Assembly (NCBI GenBank): GCA_001244265.2
Contig: CDLV01000004.1
Span: 186,001 to 250,000, forward strand
Source of the DNA: Microbotryum violaceum
Lineage: Eukaryota
Length of the DNA: 64,000 nucleotides
Direction of reading: 5' to 3'
Position numbers and translations under genes: made by a program. The notes below the pieces were generated by a model that saw only the letters and a program-made list of their open reading frames with translations, searched no databases and had not been told where the DNA came from. Every line of letters starts with the position of its first letter. The first letter of the stretch is position 1. Below are positions 1 through 13,747 of the stretch, one piece after another.

Positions 1-467
1 GTTGTAATACCAATTCGCGCTGTTTAAGCACGGCTTTGGCAACCCGAATCGACGGCGCCAGGCGGCGCGCATCCTCGCGCATCCTCGCGCATCTCGCTTG
101 CAGATGAATACCCCAGGCTTGCCTTTATGGTTGCACCGCAACCCCTTGATGCGTTCCCGCGTGCTGCACAGCTGCCGGTTGCTTGCCTCCACTCTGGCCC
201 ATCGCTCGGACGACTATGGCGCCCTAGGCACGTCTCACTCTACAATCGACACTCACCTCCATCCTTGCAGATCGAGTCGAGCATCAATTACGAGGCTATC
301 CTACTAGCAACTCACTCCATCGCCGCGACCAGTCTCGAGTGTCTGTTCGCCCCGCTCACGTTACCGAATCGGGTCACCACGACCGGCGGCGTGAGGTGGG
401 GTCGACCACCGCACGCATTCCTCCGCCTTGCCCCGAGGCAGGCACGCCGCCAGTCCCACTCGAAAAG

Positions 468-3270
468 ATGCAAGTGCGACTAGGTCCGGGAATGAACGGC
501 ATCATGGGTGCAGGAGGGGGTCTCCACCCTTCCTCACCGCAGGCGCAGCCGGGAATGCTCGGAAGACCGCCTTCGACTCGGCCACCCCCAGGTCCTCCCT
601 CGTCGAGCAACGGCGCCTTTTCGATCCCACCCTCCCACCCACAGCACCCTCAACATCCTCAACACCACCAATGGGTCCTGCACCAGCACCAGCAGATGCA
701 ACACCAACATGACCAGCAGCAGATGCAATTGCAGCAGCAGCAACAGCAGCTCCACCGGCAGCAACAGACGCAGCAGCAGCAACAACAGCAAGAACAGAAC
801 GGGCCCGGTCCGCCTTCGATGGAGCTCTTGAGACAGCAACAACAGTCCCAGCTCGGGTACGGCATGCCACCTTCATTGCCTTCATCTTCGCACCCTCAGC
901 TCGTCGCGTCGACTTCGGCGCAACCCACAACGATGGCGATGCAGCGGCAACAGCAGCAACAACAACAGTCGCATCAAGTCCCACCGGGAATGCTCCTCAT
1001 GACCAACGGCGAGATGAGATCGATCGAAATGCGCATCAACGCGAGCGGGTTGTCCGACTCGAAGTCGAACGGCAACAGCATACACTCGCCCCGCGGTGGC
1101 CGCCCAGGTTCGGCGATACCAACAGCAGGGTCGAGGCAGATGGGGGTGTTTCGTCCTCGCCTTCACCGTTCGGGACACCGCCCGTTCAAGCTCCAACGCC
1201 AATCCACTTTCGACAACCTTCGGGCTTGCAGCAACAGCAAGCACCAGGACTCGCCAACTCGCATGTGGGACCGCACCCGACCCCGCCTACTCGACCTATG
1301 TCGATCGCTCCTCCTGGCCCGCCCGGGCCATCGCTTGCCATGGTCGGGCCGGGATCAGTTCCCGGTGCGGGTGTAGGGCCTCAGTTGCTGTACCGACCAA
1401 GTGGTCCGGGCGGTCCACCGCAGCTTCAAACGCCGATGCGGAGAGATCTGATGCTGGCCGCTCAGCTGGCAGCTATGGCGTAAGTGCTCGAATCGCAAGC
1501 GTTCGACTCTTTACCGATGCTCATATCGTTTTCAATCCTGCAGAGCCGGCCTCATTACAGCGACACCAACATCAGTCGGGCCTTGTCTGTCGAGGTTAAC
1601 CGCTTTCAACGAGAGTCTCGCTTTAGCACTAGAAGATGCAAGTCACATATATTCGCGGTTTAGGACAGGGGCTAGCTCGGTCGATAATCTGACAATTCTC
1701 CCGACTCGTATTGCTTTTGCACAGACCGACATTCTCGATTCTCTACGGACACTGGTCGCGGACTACTTCACCGACTCGGGTCTGATCAAATTCGGGCTGT
1801 TCGATCGTACAGCGCAGCTGCACAAGATCTTTGGTACGTGCATGATTTACATTCATCGCACGAGTACCTAAACCCTTGTTCCTTCATCAATAGAAATTCC
1901 ATGTTCCGCCTTCCCCCGCTTCCAACACCTTAATACCCTGTGCGGCGTCCTCCTCACATCAGTCCAGCCATCGTTCGTGCGAGAATTCTTCCTCTCCGCA
2001 CACCACCCCGTCACAGGACAACCGGTCCATGTCGGCTATCTGCTCCGCGCCGACGAAGCCGTCTGGTCATCCCGGTACTCAAACGGGACCAAAGTCGAAT
2101 TGAATGGGACGCTCACTGTACACTTCGTCGTAGTCCCCCACACCGCAACGGGTCCTGGGGAAGCGCGACGGGTAGCTCAATCAGTGGTAGTGCTGGTGGT
2201 GGTGCCGGTGCGGGATCGTTGAGGATCGAATCGATGGATTTCGAGTCGCGCGGTCATGAAGAATGGGTCGTCAAGGATTCGGTCGTCGATGAGTTGATCG
2301 AGACGTTTTACGACGTCGATGGGGAAGGTGGTGGAATCTCGCAATATCTCAAGGAGGAGGAGGCACGGACGACGGCGCAGTCGAGAAGGTCGAGTGGGTT
2401 GATGACGACTCGACGGAAATCGACCAATAAGGATGAGGCAGCGAATGGCAAAAACGCGTCGATGGGTGGACCTCAGTCGACAAAAGGTCACGTCCTAAAA
2501 CCTTCGACGATCGAATGGAACGAGGAAAAGCGTCCGCCAGGTCTGCAAACCAAGTTTAGGAAGACGAGCCATTCACCGAGTGCAGGGGTGGGTTCGTTCG
2601 GTATCACCGAGATGGGGATGCGGTGCCTCGAAATCGCCGAGAGCGTCGCGAGTTTACAGGAGGTAGTCACGCATTCGTTGAGGAATGGGGTCGGGCCTTT
2701 GCAGAGTTTGGCGACGTTGGCGAACGAACACCGGAGGAGAACGTCGATGAATGTCCCGCCTGGTGGTGGAAAACTGAATGGAACGGGTCCTGGGAGAGTG
2801 TCGGGGTTCCGCACGCAGGCGGGTTCGCTCCCGCCCCCGGGTCGATCGCGCAGACGTTCCAGAACCCTCTGCACAACTCATTCTACATGACCGCGCCTAT
2901 CAACCCTTCCGCGTTCCCGACCAACTCCCCCGTTTCCGCCACACCGACATCGAAGGCCCCGACACCCGCAGCTACCGTATCAACAGCTCCCCCGTCCACC
3001 ACCTCAGGAACAGCCGCCTCGGTAACCAACTCCAATGTCGTCGGCGCCAACGGCACCTCCCCAGCAGCGAGTAATCTCGCAAACGGTATCGGCGGCGTCA
3101 ACAAGCGAAAAGCCACCGGTGTCAGTGCGACCAACTTTAAAGCCTTAGCCGCCGTCGCCGACACGTCCTCGAATGACAATTCGTCTGACGAGTCATCGGC
3201 ACCAAGTACGGCCGCGAAACCGACGGGTGGTGGGAAGACGCGGGGTTCGAGAGCGGCAAGGAATAAGTAA
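468..3270 (+). CDS. Q-rich LIM-domain-binding (LIM_bind; Mfg1/PtaB/SEUSS-like) transcriptional co-regulator, multi-exon
   Basis: PolyQ/P-rich N-terminus. Spliced exons read GPCLSRLTAFNESL / LRTLVADYFTDSG...KIFEIPCSAFPRF...RIESMDFESRGHEEWV...FGITEMGMRCLEIAESV, a LIM_bind-like pattern. Introns near 1480, 1638-1724 and 1834-1893. Start codon approximate; apparent 1-bp frameshifts are probably consensus errors. Confidence 0.7.
684..970 (+). repeat. CAG/CAA polyglutamine-coding tracts
   Basis: Interrupted CAG/CAA runs in frame with the N-terminal ORF. Confidence 0.85.
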
Positions 3271-3698
3271 ATCCATACGGGAAGGGAAAGAGGAGTTTGT
3301 TGCACACATTTCCAGGTTCTGTTGGATCTTCTCCACATCTGTGTTTGTCCTCTTGTTTGAAGCAACCATAATTCGTACTACCTCTTCTTGCTACCGATCA
3401 CACCCTCGCTACTACTTCTTTATTGGCCCCCCACTGCCCGCCTTCGATTCGCCTTGATTCTTGACAAAAGAAAGCATCCTCAATGTGTTGATAGTTTTAG
3501 CTGGTTGTAATGGTCACCTCGAGCTCACGATAACGCTCGCTCAGAGACCGAAAAGGTAGGCTGAAATGCATTTCTCAATTTCTTGAACAAAAAGAGCGAT
3601 ATCTACAAAAGGAGAGCGGAGGGTGTTGACGCGAGAGGTGAAAAAAGACTCAAAACACAGAGAGACTCGGATCCCGGATCACGTTTCACTACATCCGA

Positions 3699-5614
3699 TT
3701 ACTTGAAGTTGACCGAGCCGCGGAAGCGGCGGGCCTCTGAAGCAGGGGCGACCTTGAGGGGTGCGACGGCGGGAACGTTCAACGCCTTGGCGACGCGAGC
3801 ACCGAGGTCCTCGTCGACCCTCGCGAAGCAAGCGAGAACGCCGTCGCGGATTGACTCGGACTTGATGCCGCCCATGTGACCCGAGACGTTGTGGATGAAA
3901 CGCTCTTTGGCGCTGTCGTCGAAGACGCACTGCCACAACGCGCGCGGCTGCACAAAGTCGAGCTCTGTTACGACGCTCAGGTCCTGCACGGCACCGCCGA
4001 GGAACTGCTCGTGCTCGGCCGTGTTGTAGAGCCGAGGCTTGTACGACAATGGCTGAATCGATGATTGGTAGTTGGGTCGAGCACCTTGGTTATAGAAAGC
4101 CATGGCCCCGTCACGCTGGAAGTTGGCGGGCAAGTGCAAGGGTGCGTTGACGGGCAACTGGGCGTAGTTGACACCGAGGCGGTGGCGGTGGGTGTCGGGG
4201 TACGAGAAGAGACGCGATTGCAAGACGGGGTCAGGCGAAGGCTCAATACCGGAGACCAAGTGCGACGGCGAGAAAGCAATCTGCTCGATCTCAGCAAAAT
4301 AGTTTTGCGGATTCTCGTTGAGCGTGAGCTTGCCGACCTCGCGAAGAGGGTAATCCTTGTGGGGCCAGATCTTCGTCAAATCGAGGATGTTATGCTCGAA
4401 CTCTTGGGCCTGCTTGGCCGTCATGGTCTGGACGTGAAGGGTCCACGAAGGGAAGTCTCCCTTTTCGATCGCTTCGAACAGGTCCTGCGTGGCGTAGTCG
4501 GGGTTCTCACCGGCGAGCTTGACGGATTGCTCCTGGGTCAAGAATTTGCGCGGCTGGTCGCATCGCCAGTGAAACTGGGCGTAGACGAAGTCGCCGTTCT
4601 TGTTGACGAGCTTGTGAGTGTGGCCGGAGTAGCCGTGCATGTGTCGGAACCCATCGGGAACACCTCGGTCACCGAAAAGGATCATGACCTGATGGAAACT
4701 CTCGGGGTTCTGCGCAAGGTAGTCCCAGAACATGTCCGCGTCCTTCAGGTGGGTCTGCGGGTCGCGCTTTTGGGTGTGGATGAAGTGAGGAAACTTGGCC
4801 GGGTCACGCAAGAAAAAGACGGGAGTGTTGTTGTAGACGTGGTCCCAGTTGCCCTCCTCTGTGCGGAGCTTGATGGAGAAACCACGGGGGTCACGAGCGG
4901 TGTCGGGCGATCCGGACTCGCCACCGACGGTCGAAAAGCGCGCGGTGGCGCGAACCTTGGTGCCAACCTTCTCGAAGACTTGAGCGCAAGTCAAGTCCGA
5001 GATGTCGTGGGTGACCTGTAACGTTGAGCGATCATTCCCAAGAGGTCAGATCGGAGGTCCAACCGCAGAGATCGGTGAAAAAAGATCATTGCGGACATAG
5101 TAGTCAGACGTACGATAAATTCACCATGAGCTCCACTACCCTTGGCGTGGACGACGCGCTCGGGGATACGCTCTCGGTCAAAGTGAGCGAGGCTGCGGGC
5201 AAAAAAAAAAACGGGGGGGGGGGGACAGAGCGAGCATGAGCGTCCGATCGGCGATAGGGGAGTGCTGCGATCGGCGAAGAGCCAACTCGCTTCGGGCTCG
5301 CTGATGGTGTGCGCGCGCGCGCAAGAGTGATGTCAAAGAAGGGTACTCACAGATCGATGTGGTGAAAGTCCTGCAGCAAAAGAGGGCCGTTGGTACCGGC
5401 ACGTTCGGCGGCGTAGGGCTCGTTGACGGGGGCACCCTGCGAAGTGGTGTAGGTAGCACCATCGGGCTGGGAGAGCAGACCGGCAAGCGTTGACCGCGAG
5501 CGATGACGACAGTGGCGGCGAGCGGGCATCAAGTCAGCACGGAGCGCCACAAGCGGTAGGGAGAAGGCAACGATCACGGCAACTCACCTGGTTGCGGACT
5601 TGAGAAGAAGGCAT
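3699..5614 (-). CDS. CAT1: Monofunctional heme catalase (small subunit), multi-exon
   Basis: ATG at 5614 (MPSSQVRNQ|gtgagt). Motifs [27 protein letters not shown] (distal His), [17 protein letters not shown] and RLFSYPDTH (proximal Tyr). Stop at 3699. Confidence 0.97.
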
Positions 5615-6735
5615 ATTGGTGAAAAGTGTAGGTTGTAGTTTGCGTACTGGGAGACTTAACTACGAGTGTGGGGAGAAGGAAAAGCGAGAGATGGGTAGGC
5701 AACACGGTCAGAAAGGGATGGTAAGTGGAGGGAAGTGAGCATTAGTAATAGTCAAAGTCGAGGTCGAGGCGCGCCAACCAGCGTCTGCCCATTTAGCTTG
5801 TCGATCGCGGGAAGGGGTGACGTCGACGACTAGACGAATTGACGACAACGTGCAGTGTGTGCTGGCCCATCAACCACTCGATAAACACACATGAGACAGT
5901 ACCGGTGTACATATTCATGAACATGGACCAGTCGCTAGAGCGTCCACGCCACCTCGGCACGATTGCCTCACAGCGGTTCACAGTGCGACCTCCGTTCGGT
6001 TTCCCCACATTCCATCATGCTATAGGAAGCACGGATCGCCATCGGCAAAGGATCCGATGCATCGCATGGCGCAAAGAGTAGCACCTCAAAGCAGAGCCAC
6101 GCACACTAAACGTCGTCAAGATACAACAGGGTGCGATTGAAATCAACTTACTTTGATAGATCACGATTCAGTGGTTGAGGTTTTGGTGAGGTGGGGATCG
6201 AAGCCGAAAAATCGAGGCCATCGGAGCGGACATGCGGACACGCGAACATGGGCTGAGGCCGGGCGCTTGGTCGCTCGTCGAGCGTCTCGTGTCGGCCAAG
6301 TAATACGACGAACAGTCTCCGACTGAACGACGTTTGTGCCGATATCTATGAACATAATTAATATAAAATAAATGGCTTTGGTTTGGGCTTGGGGGCGAAT
6401 TCGCTCACGACACGGCCCCGCGAAGAAACCGGCGGGGCAACGCAAGCAAGGGGAGGCAAACCGGGGAGGCGGGCGGGAAAGCAAAAATTTATGGAGTTTC
6501 GAGCGAGCAACAAGCGATGTTGCGAGCGAGAACAGTTGGTTATAGTAAGAGGGAGTGATTCATACCGCACTAGCCTTTCGACTCGCTCGGCGCGCGGGTG
6601 GCCTTTGGCAACGGCTTGCTCGGAACTTCGAAACCTTTGATTTCCACGTCTTTCCAACTACCCTACTCCCTCCACAGGGTTCTTTCCAACTCGAACAGGT
6701 TTTTCACAGGCAGTGACTCTCTCCAGAACCCTATC

Positions 6736-7725
6736 ATGATGTCAGACATCAATTCCGGTGGCGGCGGGAACAGCGGTCCTCCCCAGTGGTGCTGGCGGTG
6801 CTGGTGCGCCTGATGCGGGTGCAAAAAGCCTTTTCTGGCAACGCGTCTGGTGCATATTAGAACCTATAGTGGCCTCGTTCGGTCGCGAACTCGGACGAGA
6901 CGGTGATTGTCGAGCCCAGGCTTAGGATCGAGACCCGAACCGCATAGGATCGGGACGTGGAGACGGTGTACGAATCGAAGGATTTCTTACGGGAGTCCGA
7001 TACCCCGACCTAGGAACCCCTGGAGTCCTTCAATTCGGACACTGTCCGTCACCATCTCCCGATCCCATGCGATTTTGTTTTCGGCGTTCAACGTCCGAGT
7101 TGTTTGACATCGCGTCCAACGCGGCCAAACCGCATAAGTCCGTTCACGCCTGGGGCGGGGCGAGCATCAAAATGAAGCTGGGTCGGACCGTCTCCTTCGG
7201 CACGACCAAGGACCGCTCGGCTAATTTCCAACTAGGTCACCAGCTCGATCACTTGCTCACGTCCGACGAATGTCACCCGGCCTTGTTCCTGTACGCCACG
7301 CCGATGGCTAACATCTTCAAGAGAAGCCCAACGCGGCGGCGGGTATAGCGTTTCTTCAACACTTTGCCCTAGAAACGCTTTTCCCCGAGTCGCCATGCGC
7401 GCTAGGTCGAAGACCTGACCCTTGTGGCTTGAATACCACATGGCCGTAAGAGTGAACTTCTGGACTCATCTGACGGGGTCATTTATTGATTAGGAGTTCA
7501 ACAGCATCACCAACGTCCAACTTGAACGTCGATGTTTCGGACTTCAACTCGGAGGACATGATCACAGCCGAAACACCGACCGATGCCGTGGTCCGATCGG
7601 AGACCATTCGAATATACGGCGAGTGCTTTCTCACTATCAACGAAGCTGTGGAGCTCTTCCAAAACCAAGACCAAGGCGATGATGGCCTTGATGGAAGAGA
7701 AGAAGAAGGGTATCTTCCCCACTGA
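6736..7725 (+). pseudogene. Degenerate coding sequence of unknown family
   Basis: Protein-like segments (MMSDINSGGGG..., SELFDIASNAAKPH..., DFNSEDMITAET...GECFLTINEAVELF) broken by stops and frameshifts. Confidence 0.35.
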
Positions 7726-7935
7726 ATTTCACTACCCATGCCGACGCCGATCTTTTTTCTCTTCTCTTCCATCAAGGCCACGATCGCCTCGACCCCGGCT
7801 ATGGAAAAATTCCACAGCTTGGTTGATCGTGAGAAGCACTCGCCGTGTCCAAATGGTCTCCGGTGGGATGACAGCATCGGTGTTCGGCTGTGCTCATTTC
7901 CTCCGGGTTGAGGTCCTACATGAATGGCGTCTAAC
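7520..7935. repeat. Diverged long inverted repeat (tail-to-tail paralogous segments)
   Basis: 7539-7712 aligns by eye to the reverse complement of about 7748-7917 (e.g. ggcgagtgctt(t)ctcac.atcaac.aagctgtgga; ggccttgatggaagagaaga), with a spacer of about 35 bp. Confidence 0.85.
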
Positions 7936-8306
7936 AGCATCACCGTCGTCGATTCATAGCTCGGAAACGGCGGACGGTCGATCCTCTCGGTCCAAAAAAC
8001 TATTCGGTCAAAGCTTGGCGTAGAGCGCAGCTTGGAGAACCTCATCCACCTCCGGAGCGGTCTCTATACTCTATACTAGTATAGGAGGGACTAGTAATAC
8101 AACGGATGAACAGGTGAATTTTTACAGTAGAATGCGAGCTATGTACACATGCACGAGTGTGCTTTACTGGGGACAACATGCATATGCGAAGAAACGAGAG
8201 AAAAAACGACAAGAACCTCAAACTTTGCTCAGCCACGACTCCTCACCCAACCTTGACGACCGCCCAGGCCGATGTTCATAGTCGAACGAACTTGATTCGG
8301 TCCGAT

Positions 8307-10420
8307 TCAAGCTTCTGCCGCCCTCCCTAACTGATCTTCCTGGGCCCGTCGCTGGCTCTCTTCTCGCTTGCGCCGCCCTTCCTCCGAGACTGGGGTCGAA
8401 CAGACCGGACACTGCGAGGAAATTCGGACTGTCTCAGCTAATCACTCTTGGACCCGAGTTCTGTCCAACTTTACTCGGATGACTCACCCTTCCAGAAGTT
8501 GCCAGCCAAGTCTCGGTGCAATAAACATGGAAACAATGACCGCAAGGCAACAGATGCAACAACTCGGGCTCCCAATCCGCGATCGACTCCCCTCTCGCAG
8601 GCGGTAGCTCGTACTCGCCCAGACAGATTGAACAAGCCGATTGAGATGGTTCGACAAGGATTCCAGGGACAGGAAGGTCGACAAAGTCGGAAGAGGTCGC
8701 GTCGGATGTTGAAAGTCCTTGGGGAAGGGTCCTCTTGCGAGCCGAACGCCACAGTAAGTGCAAGCGACGGGGCCGGCCTTGCTTCGAAGGAGCCGGCGAG
8801 GGCGGCACAGAAGAGTCGACCTTCGTGTTTGGTGGAAGGTTGGTTTGAATGGGTGGAGAAAGCGGCGTGGGTCCCGATGTTGTCGCTTCGCCTTCGCAAG
8901 CTGCTGCTGCTTCCGACGGCCCAGCAGTGGTAGCTTCGGATTTCGTCCCACTGGATCGGTGGAGAGGAGAGGGTTAGCACCGAGTGTTGAGCGTGGGATA
9001 GCCCCAACGGAGCTCACATGAAGATGCGCTTGGGCAATTTTGCGATCTCTTTCTTGGATATGGGCCCAATCTCGTTCTGAGCAGGTGCCATATAGCTTCC
9101 TAGGTTGTACTGCGGATGACGGGGGTTTGGGGGGAGGGGGCACGGTCAGCCCAGCATCTAAGCAAGCATCTCGGATGTGTGCTCACCAGTGCAAAGGGGA
9201 GGTACAGCATCACGACGAGGATGACCGCAAACGCCTCAAACATGCTCAGGTAGCTGATGATTAACGCCGCAACACTCGCCTTCCACAGCATCGGCGCCGT
9301 GGGTCGACACTGGGAGGCGCCAAAAACCCAAACGTTGCCGATCACGAACAGGACGAGCGAGTAGAGCCAGACGAGATCCTTGACCCGCTTGACGCGACGA
9401 TCGAGCGCGGGTGATCCTACCATTCGGGTGGCTTCGCGTTGGGCGATGACTTGCTCCGAGTCGCTGGACATGCGGACTGGTGGGGTGACAGCTCTGTAGA
9501 ATGCGACTATGGTGGAGGAAGGGCACTTGCTCAGCGTGGCGGAACTGATCGTTAGGAGTCAGCACTTACATGGGAATTGAACTGCAAGTTTGATGATGAT
9601 GAGAATGAGGTAGACTCGTAGAGGCTTGACGCATGTGCTGTGCGTTGTCTTGGCCAGTACGACGCTCCACGCGATGATCTGAGTGACGTTAGCCGAGAAT
9701 CGTTGTCAGCTTTTCGGGCCCCACATGCCAGCCTCGGCTCTCTCTGAGAGCCGAATGGACTCACCTGCGCGACCCCTATGACCGTCGTGACGATAAGTCG
9801 ATCTCGACCTGCTTTTCCTGCAACGACTTGAAGTCAGCTTTTGACATTCAACACCTGATGGCCATGCCGAGTCGACTGACCCTGGCTAAACTGGCAATGA
9901 CTCTCCCCGCAAGCGACAAGCGGATTTGCAATGCATCCGTGACCATACCCGAGCCAGCTTGTCCTGGTATCTCGACGTTGATGTTGTCATTTTCAGTGCT
10001 TGCATTGGGTGGATAGGTCGTTGTGTCACGGTGTAGTTCAGCTTCGGCTTCGGCTTCGGCTTCGGCTTGACGGCGACGCTTGATCCGGTCTAGGATCGCT
10101 ACGAGATCGACTTGATCATCCGGAGATACAGGGTTGGGTGGTGGCTGATCATGTAGCATTGTTGAACCTGCTTCGATGAGGAATGGGGAGTCGATGTGGT
10201 CGATAGTGAGCGGTACAACCTCGGCTGGGGGGGCTGACGACGACGAGGTGGGCGCTGACGCTGACGAGGGCGCCGAGTGCTCAGCGGGTGATGTCGGTGA
10301 TGCCGGTGATGAGCGAAGGTCAAAGGCAGACTCGTGTGCGGACTCGGACGCTTTCATGGCTACGCAGGGCGTTGTCGATGCTTGGGTCAAGTCTGGGTCT
10401 TGTGCGTCTGCTGGTGACAT
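8307..10420 (-). CDS. Transmembrane RING-H2 E3 ubiquitin ligase, multi-exon
   Basis: TM segments LVWLYSLVLFVIGNVWVF and SVAALIISYLSMFEAFAVILVVMLY. RING-H2 CSICLGEY...LPCGHCFHVYC..WL...GR|CPVC is completed across an intron (8412-8487). Stop at 8307. Confidence 0.85.
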
Positions 10421-10444
10421 GGTTGCCGACACGAGTCACGCTGC

Positions 10445-10480
10445 CACACTGTCACACTGTCACACTGTCACACTGTCACA
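10445..10480 (+). repeat. (CACACTGT)x4 microsatellite in the divergent RING/ATG7 intergenic region
   Basis: cacactgt cacactgt cacactgt cacactgt caca seen directly. Confidence 0.85.
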
Positions 10481-10846
10481 CGACCCACAACAGCTCCGTT
10501 GCTCGCTCTAGGTGGTGGGGCGGTGTTCAACCCGTACTCGATCAAGCCGCGGGCCAAGAGCCACGTCCGAGCTAGTCAGCGAGATCGCAAGATCGGGACG
10601 TCGGATAAAAGGCTCAGCGAAATGCGACATTTTGTTTTTGTGAGGGTGTATTTGCGAGATGCCTTAATTAGTATATTCGCGTGCTCGAAAATAGTCCGCA
10701 GATCGGATCAGGTCATCGAGAACATGCCAGAAAGGAGGCTCGTGCTGCCAGTCGACTCTGCCAGGAACGGGTCTCCTCTTCCCGGTCGTCGCCGTCATCA
10801 GCAGACGGGTCATCCCGGCCTCTCAATCCCGCAGTACCATCCAACC

Positions 10847-13747
10847 ATGACAAGTCCGACGCCACTCCAATTCGCCCCCTTCTCCTCGTCCATTACCCCC
10901 GCATTCTGGCAAGAACTGACACGGCTCAAACTGCACGTGTTGCAGCTCTCGGACGCGCCCGTCGACGTGTATGCGAGCTATGGCAAGGGCCGCACGGTGC
11001 AGGATCGCTTGACGGGGCAGCACGTTGCTTTGACGCGTGCTTTGGAGTTGGATCCGAGTGGGCTGGGCACCAACAGGTACGTTTCGGCGATCTCAGTGGG
11101 CGGGCCAAGACCCGGACTGGAGGCGGGTGCGACGTCGCACCAGAGAGGGTGATGTAGGACATGGTCGCAGCAGTCAGCACAGCTTTGTGTACCGAGTGGG
11201 TTCGGATGGTAGTCCTGCATGGGGTGTAGCTTCCATCCGGTGGTAAAGTTGCTGCCGTCAACCTCGATCTGCTGCTCCACGCCTGCCATCATGTGGGGGT
11301 GGGACCCGCTCGACCGGTGGTCCGATCTGATCGCCAACATAGTCCATCGCTAATCACGGTACCATTCGTTCCTTCCGCTCAGTCCACCAAGTCAAACCTC
11401 TGCAGACAATGTGGTCCTCACCGGGCGGTTGCGCAACTTGAACACGATCGAGGAGTTCAAAAACTCGGACAAGGCCGCCATGCTCGATCAACTCGGTGAA
11501 GAGGTCCGTGCTTCGCGAGAAACGCCTTGATAGTCTCGGGAATAACCCATGCTTTCGCTTTGTCGATCACAGATATGGCAGAGGATGAATTCAGGCGGCG
11601 TTGCACCGACAGAATCTGAGCTCAATCCGTTCCTCATGATCACCTTCGCGGACCTGAAAAAGTACCGGTACTACTACTGGTGTGCGTTCCCGGCCTTGTT
11701 GCAAAAGCCGGCTTGGGAAGTGTCGGGCGATTGGGAAGATTATCCGCATGACCAGGTACGCGAGATCAGAAACGCGAAGATGAGCCGAGAGGCCTACCAG
11801 TTTACTAACGACGCTTTCGTTTGCATTTCGAAGCTCGACCTGTCTGCTCTCGAGTCGGCATCATTCCAGCTGGCCAAAGTCATAGAAGGACAAGAGGGGC
11901 ACACTCTTGCTCCCATCTCGCAAGCGACCGAGTTCTTCAAGGGCGTACTTCCCAACGAGGTGAGCTGTGAGAGCTATGCGAGGTAGAGTGTAACGCTAGA
12001 CGTAGAAAAGACAAGACCTGACACAGATGCGTCTCTGCAGCGCAAGCTCATCTTCACCGACCCGTCGTCGCATCCCAACGCTGTGGGCTGGCCCGTCCGG
12101 AACGTCCTCACCTATCTTGCCCGAGCGCACCACGTCACCTCCATTCGTCTCATCTCCGTTCGTGAATCCTCTCTCCGAACCGTCTTCATCTCGATCCCCG
12201 CCCCGGTCCCAAGTACTCGGCCAAGCGTCATCGGCTGGGAGAAGAATGACAAGCTCAAGCTCGCTCCCCGCGTCGCCGACTTGGCACCCCTCATGGACCC
12301 GACCAAACTCGCGGACCAAGCCGTAGACCTAAATCTCCAATTAATGCGATGGCGCATCCTCCCCGCGTTGAATCTGGACAAGATCAAGCATACCAAAGTG
12401 CTCTTGTTGGGAGCGGGGACGTTGGGGTGTTATGTCGCGCGGACATTGATGGCTTGGGGGGTGAGGAAGATCACCCTCGTCGATTCAAGCACGGTCTCCT
12501 TCTCCAATCCCGTCCGACAACCCTTGTTCGAGTTTGAGGATTCGTTGAACGGGGGTAAACCCAAAGCTCAAGCGGCGGCAGATTCGCTCAAGAGGATCTA
12601 CCCTGGAGTCGTGAGCGGCTTTGCAGAGGTTCCGTGAGGGTTCATCTCGCTAACCCCACATCATACGTCTGCAACCGATCACAGGATGCCACAGGAGTGT
12701 CCCTCTCGATCCCCATGCCTGGCCATCCTATTCCTCCCGCACTGCAAGAGCAATCCAAGAAGGATGTCACAGTTCTCGAACAGCTCATCGATGGGCATGA
12801 CGTCGTCTACCTGCTTATGGACTCGAGGGAGAGTCGGTGGTTACCGACTTTGATTGGCGCATCAAAGCAGAAGGTCAGTTGTGCCCTTTTCGAGAACGCT
12901 ACAAAATTGATCTAGCATCTGAATCTCTGCAAATGTTTCAGCTCGTCATGAACGTCGCTCTTGGGTTCGACACATTCCTTGTCATGCGCCACGGGGTCCC
13001 CTCATTCCGCCCACCCGCCGAACCAGCAGGCCCCGCTCAGCCTGGCCAGCCATACAGGGGCCAATTAGGATGCTACTACTGCAACGATATCGTCGCACCC
13101 ATGGACGTGAGTTCAGGTGATCGTTTTTGAGATGAGTCGGAGCCTTCATTGATTGATGTCTTTGATGCTGCCCGACCAAACACCCACAGTCCTTGACCGA
13201 CCGAACATTGGACCAAATGTGTACCGTCACCCGACCTGGGATCGCCTCGATCGCTAGTGCTACAGCTGTCGAACTCATGGTCTCGCTTTTGCAACATCCG
13301 CAAGGTGCACGAGCTCCATCGGACGTAAGCATACCTGCGAACGCGACGACGACTGCTGAACCGGGTGAGGATGGTGGAGAAGGATCTTGTTTGGGCGTTG
13401 TGCCGCATCAGATCAGAGGGTATTTGAGTCGGTTCGAGAACCTCAAAATCACGGGACAAGCGTACGACAAGTGTACGGGATGTAGCCGGCATGTGAGTAG
13501 CACTCGCAAAGTGATTACATTCCGACTTGAGAATCTGATGTCTACAAGCATTTTTCGTCAGGTAATCGAGGCATACGGAAAAGAAGGTTTCGCGATGCTC
13601 GTCCAAGCGTTCGAGGATGCCAAGTACCTCGAGCGGTTGACGGGATTGGACAAGATTGAGGAAGAGACGGAGAGGATGATGGAAGGGATGGAGGAATGGG
13701 ACGAGGAGGTTGAGGTGGTTGAGCCGGAGATTCAGAGTGCTTTCTGA
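10847..13747 (+). CDS. ATG7: Autophagy E1-like activating enzyme Atg7, multi-exon
   Basis: [86 protein letters not shown] (catalytic Cys); VPHQIRG. Confidence 0.97.

Noticed and set aside
1000..2830. Frameshifts in the LIM_bind gene as pseudogenisation or programmed frameshifting
   Set aside because: Similar 1-bp homopolymer differences occur between the otherwise identical LINE copies, so consensus errors are more likely; needs read check
4065..5021. 318-aa + strand ORF
   Set aside because: Antisense shadow of the codon-biased catalase exon
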